A stretch of DNA of 56,896 bases from positions 27,533,525-27,590,420 of the forward strand of contig NC_068994.1 in NCBI RefSeq assembly GCF_001194135.2, in the 5' to 3' direction. This stretch comes from Octopus bimaculoides. Its lineage: Eukaryota. The translations under genes and the position numbers were made by a program. This document shows, piece by piece, positions 50,275 to 56,896 of the stretch (its first letter is position 1; every line of letters starts with the position of its first letter). The notes below the pieces were generated by a model. The model was not told the origin of the DNA. It searched no databases and saw only the letters and a program-made list of their open reading frames with translations.

Positions 50275-50620
50275 TATCTGTCAGCAGATTGAGTATATTT
50301 ATTGAAGTGTTATATATCCATTAAGGCCGATCTTACCAACCAGTTTCACACTAGGGGTTCAATGGAGTGTTAGGTAACAGCCTGATTATGTAACCCTGCA
50401 CTCACTTGATTTTATCATCTTTTTCACAGCAACCACAAAAACCGGATGTGTCTACTCACTTCCAACAACAGAGAGCATTCGCCATATTTCATTCCATAAC
50501 ATCTACTTCTGAAGATCGCAGGGTCACATAATTGGGCTCTCACTTCACACTCTGTTATGCAAAACCGATTGGTAAGATCAGCCATAATGGATAAATAATA
50601 CTGTACCCTTTGACTGATAT
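50275..50620. mobile_element. MITE-like element with subterminal inverted repeats in a (TA)n context
   Basis: 50315-50349 tatccattaaggccgatcttaccaaccagtttcac versus the reverse complement of 50559-50593. Outer ends tatctgtca / tgactgata. Confidence 0.6.
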
Positions 50621-52068
50621 ATATATATATATATATATATATANNNNNNNNNNNNNNNNNNNNNNNNNNNNNNNNNNNNNNNNNNNNNNNNNNNNNNNNN
50701 NNNNNNNNNNNNNNNNNNNNNNNNNNNNNNNNNNNNNNNNNNNNNNNNNNNNNNNNNNNNNNNNNNNNNNNNNNNNNNNNNNNNNNNNNNNNNNNNNNNN
50801 NNNNNNNNNNNNNNNNNNNNNNNNNNNNNNNNNNNNNNNNNNNNNNNNNNNNNNNNNNNNNNNNNNNNNNNNNNNNNNNNNNNNNNNNNNNNNNNNNNNN
50901 NNNNNNNNNNNNNNNNNNNNNNNNNNNNNNNNNNNNNNNNNNNNNNNNNNNNNNNNNNNNNNNNTATATATATATATATACATACACACATATACATACA
51001 TACATAGTTTTTATAGAGAGAAAGCACTACAGGAATTTAATTCCAAGAGATGCCTTCAGCTTTTCCATTTAAAGGTTTTGTAAGGCCCACATAGCTAGCA
51101 AAAACACCAATGCAATTATCAATTACATAATCATTGCACTCCTCCTCAGTAAATAAATCCCTATATCAATGCAGCAGTTTGCGCACAGATGGCCTGAAAT
51201 ATCATTCTGATTATTTTCTCCAAGCTTAAATTCTCTCTAATGAAATCATTAAGGAATGATAATTAATAAATCATTAGTAAATGATATCATTTACTTACTA
51301 TTTGAGCTGTTATCCACTATGATATTCAGAAATCAAAGGAAGAAAAATATCTGAAAATTACTTAACAAGAGAGAAAGAGAAAAAAGAATATGGAGTAAAC
51401 GGGAAGTCTTTTCACAAGAAATACCTCATAAAATAAGGTTAAACTTTGTTTCACCTAAACTGCAACACTGAATTGCAGTTACATTTAGTTCAGAACTCAG
51501 TGACAGTTGTAATTAATTGCAATATAGGATTTATGAGTTAAGATGGTAGAGTATAATTATAAGGAAATTTAATTGCTATTTCCAGCAGGTTAAGTAATTT
51601 CTTAAGGTTGTTGTTATATAAAGCTCTTCAAATAGGTTTATCATTTAATTTAAGCAGATTCATAGTAACTGTAACACCCACTTCCGTTTGCAAACACAAT
51701 ATTTAACATAAAAAAATGTTTTAAATGATTTCATTGTTTTATTAAAGCTAATGTTATATCTTTCTTGCATTTTAGTTGCATAGTGTGTTTTTGTTTTCAA
51801 AAAAGTTTTACTATTTTTCAAAATTTTACTCGTATCTATGTAAGCAAATGTTGAAGTATTGGAGGTGAAAATTAACTGTAGATATCTATTATCACTAATG
51901 TAAGATTAACTGTCAACACTGTTTAAAGAAAAATACTGCAGCTAAGATTACAAGAGCTGTATTGTTTTGTGCTAAATAAAAACATTAAAACATATTTATC
52001 TGAACTTGCTGTGTTTCACAGTCTATCAGTATTCTATTCTAAAATAACCTGTATGTTCACAATTTCAG

Positions 52069-52211
52069 ATGAAATTGAAGAATTCAATGTGGAGAGTCTT
52101 AATGGTGTTCAGACACACCATCCTGTTTTGTTCAAAACTGCTGTCAGTGGCAGGCATATGTCAACATCAAACATTGGTGATGTACACTATGTATGGCATT
52201 TTGGGGATGAG
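52069..52211 (+). CDS. Internal coding exon B of the PKD-repeat protein
   Basis: Acceptor aatttcag at 52068 and strong donor GAG|GTAAGG at 52212. Encodes (D)EIEEFNVESLNGVQTHHPVLFKTAVSGRHMSTSNIGDVHYVWHFGDE, ending in the W.FGD motif. Phase 1 to phase 0. Confidence 0.9.
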
Positions 52212-53850
52212 GTAAGGAAACCCTTCAACAAGTGTTGTTGTTGTTATTTTATTTTTTTATTTGTTAAATGTATAAGTCAAAATAATGAGTTGTGTAAAGC
52301 ACTGAACTACTTGTTTCATAGTTTATAAAACAAATTCAAATACCTGTCTTTCATGATGTCAGTGGATGCAAAAGACTTGTTTGTTTTTTTAATGGCTTAA
52401 CCAGAAGAGAAAAGGCAAAGCCCTTTACCCTTTTTAAGGTGTCTGTAACTGATGGAAGGAAGACAGGAAAGGTATAAATTAACCTCAGACAGGAGACATT
52501 ACCTGAATTCTTACATCAGAATAGACTCAGCTAGGGGTATGCAAGAGCCACATGGTGTTAAATTAGGCAATGCATTAAATCTACCCCACCAAAACAGTAG
52601 CAGTCAATCAGACATGTTCCCACTGTTTCCATCCACCAACTTTTTTCACAAGATTTTGATTAATCAAAGGCTATGGCTTCATACACTTGTCTAAGGTGCC
52701 ATGCAGCAGGATTAAACTATCTATTATGAATATTGTGCCTGGTAGTAAAGCTTAGATTTGACATACTAGATGCAGTAAATTGACTGAATCATTAGAGTGC
52801 TGGATAGAATGCCTCACAAAATTTGTTCTGACACTCTGTGTCTGAGTTCACATCCTGCGTGTTTCAACTAAGCCATCCTTTTGGAGTCAATAAGAAGTAC
52901 CAAACCAGGACAGTGGATTTGTAGAACTTATAGGTGGTTGGGCAAGATGCTTTGCAGTATTTTTTCCAACACTTTGCATTCTAACATCAACGCCTGTGAT
53001 GACACTGATGCCAAGCTATATCAAGCCCAAGTGGGCTGTCTTACCCTTGGCTAAACATCAATGGCACGGAAAGGGGAGCCTTGTATGGATGAGCAACTGT
53101 CGGTCTTTTTCAAAGAAATATTACCCAAGACTGCACATATGTGTACAGATACATGGTAAACCTTGATCAACAGCTGCCCTTTGTAGTGATAGACAAGTTG
53201 TGTGAATAGGTAACACATCTGGTAATAAACATTATCTCTCATTAACTAATAAAAATATCCTTTGTACATGGATATTTGTGTCACATCCATGTAATACAGA
53301 ACCAGCGGATCATAAAGAAGTCATAGGACAAATTTTGATGTGGCTATAAGCAACTAATTTGGAGGTTTAGTATATGTTAATAATGATGGTGTTGTTTAGC
53401 CCTAGACCAGCATTGACCAAGTAAATCTTCCAGTCATGACCATCCTGTCTTGTTATAGATATAGTATATATATATATATAAAACAAAATTTATCATTTTG
53501 TTTTTATTAGGACAGTAATGTATTTGATTGATATCACAGTCAATGTATTGATTTAGTTATTTAATATCACAATTAGTGAACAATAAGATCATGATTACAA
53601 CTTCAGAATGGACCAATCAAAGGTTTATTGCATATCTGACAGTGAAAGTTACAAGGGATTGTCTGTAACTTGATGCAAAGCAAATGTTTGAAGAAACTTT
53701 GTAATGCACTAGTTACTTTGCCAAGGTTTACATTCTTGGCTAATACTCACAAGTGAAAGATACACACACACATATACACACACTCACACATGTACACACA
53801 CAAATACATATGCACACACACACATACACACTCACATACATACATACATA

Positions 53851-54130
53851 TATATAATCCGTATTAAATGAAGAGAAGAAAATGGTGAGTTAGTTGTTAA
53901 TAATTATTTATTAATAAATTAATAATCCTTTCTTCCTACAATGGTTTCGATTTATACTCATTGAATAAATTACAAATTTATGCGTTAAATTTGCATTTAT
54001 AAGTTATGATCAAAATATCATGAGTATAAATGAAAACAGCTGTAGGAAGAAATGATTATCAATTTATTGATAGATAATTATTAACAACTAACTCTCCATT
54101 TTCTTCTCTTAATTTAATATGGATTATATA
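53851..54130. repeat. Fold-back element with 111-bp inverted arms and a 58-bp spacer
   Basis: 53851-53961 versus the reverse complement of 54020-54130 (about 90% by eye). TATA at both outer ends. Confidence 0.93.
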
Positions 54131-54195
54131 CTTAATATATATCTATTAATTTAGGGAAATTTTATTTCCCAAAGATATAAGATATAGAACCAGTG

Positions 54196-54238
54196 TTAGA
54201 GAATATATTAACCTTTAAGAGGTTAATATATTCTCTAA
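54196..54238. repeat. Perfect 19-bp palindrome with a 5-nt loop
   Basis: ttagagaatatattaacct-ttaag-aggttaatatattctctaa. Confidence 0.95.
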
Positions 54239-54245
54239 TTAACTT

Positions 54246-55770
54246 AGAGGAGTGGTTGTGTGGTAAGAAACTTGCTTCTCAACGACATGGTTCTGGATTC
54301 AGTCCCACTGAATGGCATCTTGGACCTTGTGAGTGGATTTGGTAGATGGAAACTGAAAGAAGCCTGCCCGAAGCTCGTCGAAACGCCGGTGTTAAAACGT
54401 GGGTAGCTGATGAAGTAGAATGTTCTCTATGTGGCTCGTGTGTTCTCGTCTACGTTTGTTTGCAATGTCCTGTACCCAGATATGCACCTATACATACAGG
54501 TGGATGTCGGTATGCACATACCTGTATGTATATATGCATATACTCATTTACTATTTGTTTTTATGGGGTTGACTTTGCCTTTCGTCTTGTCAGGGTCGAT
54601 AAAATAAAGTACCAGTTAGAAGTAGAATGTTCTCTATGTGGCTCGTGTGTTCTCGTCTACGTTTGTTTGCAATGTCCTGTACCCAGANNNNNNNNNNNNN
54701 NNNNNNNNNNNNNNNNNNNNNNNNNNNNNNNNNNNNNNNNNNNNNNNNNNNNNNNNNNNNNNNNNNNNNNNNNNNNNNNNNNNNNNNNNNNNNNNNNNNN
54801 NNNNNNNNNNNNNNNNNNNNNNNNNNNNNNNNNNNNNNNNNNNNNNNNNNNNNNNNNNNNNNNNNNNNNNNNNNNNNNNNNNNNNNNNNNNNNNNNNNNN
54901 NNNNNNNNNNNNNNNNNNNNNNNNNNNNNNNNNNNNNNNNNNNNNNNNNNNNNNNNNNNNNNNNNNNNNNNNNNNNNNNNNNNNNNNNNNNNNNNNNNNN
55001 NNNNNNNNNNNNNNNNNNNNNNNNNNNNNNNNNNNNNNNNNNNNNNNNNNNNNNNNNNNNNNNNNNNNNNNNNNNNNNNNNNNNNNNNNNNNNNNNNNNN
55101 NNNNNNNNNNNNNNNNNNNNNNNNNNNNNNNNNNNNNNNNNNNNNNNNNNNNNNNNNNNNNNNNNNNNNNNNNNNNNNNNNNNNNNNNNNNNNNNNNNNN
55201 NNNNNNNNNNNNNNNNNNNNNNNNNNNNNNNNNNNNNNNNNNNNNNNNNNNNNNNNNNNNNNNNNNNNNNNNNNNNNNNNNNNNNNNNNNNNNNNNNNNN
55301 NNNNNNNNNNNNNNNNNNNNNNNNNNNNNNNNNNNNNNNNNNNNNNNNNNNNNNNNNNNNNNNNNNNNNNNNNNNNNNNNNNNNNNNNNNNNNNNNNNNN
55401 NNNNNNNNNNNNNNNNNNNNNNNNNNNNNNNNNNNNNNNNNNNNNNNNNNNNNNNNNNNNNNNNNNNNNNNNNNNNNNNNNNNNNNNNNNNNNNNNNNNN
55501 NNNNNNNNNNNNNNNNNNNNNNNNNNNNNNNNNNNNNNNNNTGTGTGTGTGTGTGTATGTATTTGTGTTTCTGTGTTTGTCTCCACTACCATCGCTTGAC
55601 AACTGATATTTGTGTGTTTATGTCCACATAACTTAGCGGTTCAGCAAAAGAGACCAATAGAATAAGTACTAGGCTTACAAAGAATAAGTGCTGAAGTTGA
55701 TCTATTTGACTAAAAAGTGGTTCTCCTGCACGGCCACAGTCAAATGACTGAAACAAGTAAAAGAGTAAAA
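54246..55770 (+). mobile_element. SINE type A split by foreign sequence and an N gap
   Basis: Head at 54246-54365 and tail A at 55552-55770. Confidence 0.65.
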
Positions 55771-56099
55771 GTATATATTTGGCAGACTTTTGTATAGTTT
55801 CTGTCAACTAATTTCCCCAAGCTGCTGTTTCTTGGGGGATTATACCAAGAAACTTAGTTGCAAATCAAACTTCTTAACTGCAAAGATATACCTGAGGGAG
55901 ATTTGGTTGCTTTTTCTAGCAAGATGTGTAAATAGAGAGGCTTCATTCACTGGCTTTGTTAACATAATGATTTAATTGCTGTGTTCTCAATTGTTATAAT
56001 ATCATCATTTTGTTTAATATTGGTAAAAGTGAAGATATTTATGCCCCATCCAGAGAAACTAAAATTTCTGTGTCTTTTCTCATTATTAAGAAATTACAG

Positions 56100-56226
56100 T
56101 TACCTCTATTGACATGGAAAAAGAATGTTAGTCATGTGTATATGGAACCAGGTGCCTATACAGCAACAGTTGAGGCCATCAATTCTGTCAGTTCAGCCTA
56201 TGTACAGATCCCTCTACAAGTTTACA
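56100..56226 (+). CDS. Internal coding exon C of the PKD-repeat protein
   Basis: Acceptor ttacag at 56099 (alternative in-frame AG at 56090) and donor A|GTAAGT at 56227. Encodes LPLLTWKKNVSHVYMEPGAYTATVEAINSVSSAYVQIPLQVY, completing the PKD domain begun in exon B (SHVY..PG.Y...VEA.N.VS). Confidence 0.9.
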
Positions 56227-56612
56227 GTAAGTTATATCATCATGGAACATTATGCTGAATCAGCATTTTGATCCATGCTCATTTTTGGCTGTTGATTTTT
56301 GTTTCAGTTTGTCTTGATGTTTTGTGTGTGTGTGTGTGCATACTGTGTATATATGTATATGTATGTGAGTGTGGTATATATATGTACATAAAACAGAATA
56401 ACACTGTTAGTCAGATAGGTAGACAATAAAATAAAATACAACAGGATAAGAAACAATAAAGGGGGGAAATGGAAGAGAATAAAATGAAGTGAAACAATAT
56501 AGAATACAATAAAAGTAGTAGAATGCAAGGAGGTTAATTTTCTGTAATAGGTTGGTGGATATAAAAATGTTTTAAAACATCATAGGAATAAAAGCTTTAA
56601 AGGTTTAAAGGT

Positions 56613-56896
56613 TCCGGGAGTGGCTGTGTGGTAAGTAACTTGCTTACCAACCACATGGTTCTAGGTTCAGTCCCACTGCATGGCACCTTGGGCAAGTGTC
56701 TTCTACTATAGACTCGGGCCGACCAAAGCCTTGTGAGTGGATTTGGTAGACGGAAACTGAAAGAAGCCCGTCGTATATATGTGTGTGTATATATATATAT
56801 ATGTGTATGTGTGTTTGTGTGTCTGTGTTTGTCCCCCCCAACATCGCTTGACAACCGATGCTGGTGTGTTTATGTCCCCGTAACTTAGCGGTTCGG
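56613..56896 (+). mobile_element. Young SINE type A running off the window end
   Basis: CpG-retaining head and start of tail A. Confidence 0.9.

Noticed and set aside
54364-54420. Hammerhead-like words (CGAAACGCCGGT and CTGATGA)
   Set aside because: The order and pairing fit no HHR topology, the putative cleavage base is G, and helix I is absent.
26858-55631. Long ORFs containing X runs (e.g. 54346-55599)
   Set aside because: They are open only because N gaps contain no stop codons.
4287-56844. Dozens of ORF-track peptides rich in HT, CV, YI, ER or SL dipeptides
   Set aside because: They are translations of microsatellites and SINEs, not genes.
1-56896. CRISPR arrays, operons, rRNA or other prokaryotic systems
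   Set aside because: No regularly spaced repeat-spacer array or dense coding was seen. The sequence is intron- and TE-rich eukaryotic DNA.

Overview
Eukaryotic, AT-rich, repeat-dense genomic DNA with ten N gaps. From recall (not a database search), the SINE/LINE repertoire resembles that of Octopus or another coleoid cephalopod. The only host gene I can support is three plus-strand exons (47661-47847, 52069-52211, 56100-56226) that splice in frame into tandem PKD (polycystin-1-type Ig-like) repeats; the gene continues beyond these exons in both directions. The rest is mostly a transposon graveyard: a near full-length CR1/L2-type LINE, an L1/Tx1 relic, several RTE LINE pieces, an R4/Dong-type endonuclease end, at least six Penelope-like fragments, a complete Tc1 copy, two mariner fragments, a Buster-type hAT with a perfect 8-bp TSD, a composite Helitron, MITE-like elements, about 25 SINE copies with shared modules, and many microsatellites. 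The most interesting signals are: (1) relics of minimal hammerhead ribozymes at Penelope 3' ends, including a variant core seen twice and copies embedded in fold-back hairpins; (2) a LINE-like fragment ending in three C2H2 zinc fingers; (3) mix-and-match SINE heads and tails. No prokaryotic, CRISPR, rRNA or true tRNA features were seen. TE boundaries not defined by a TIR or TSD are approximate.
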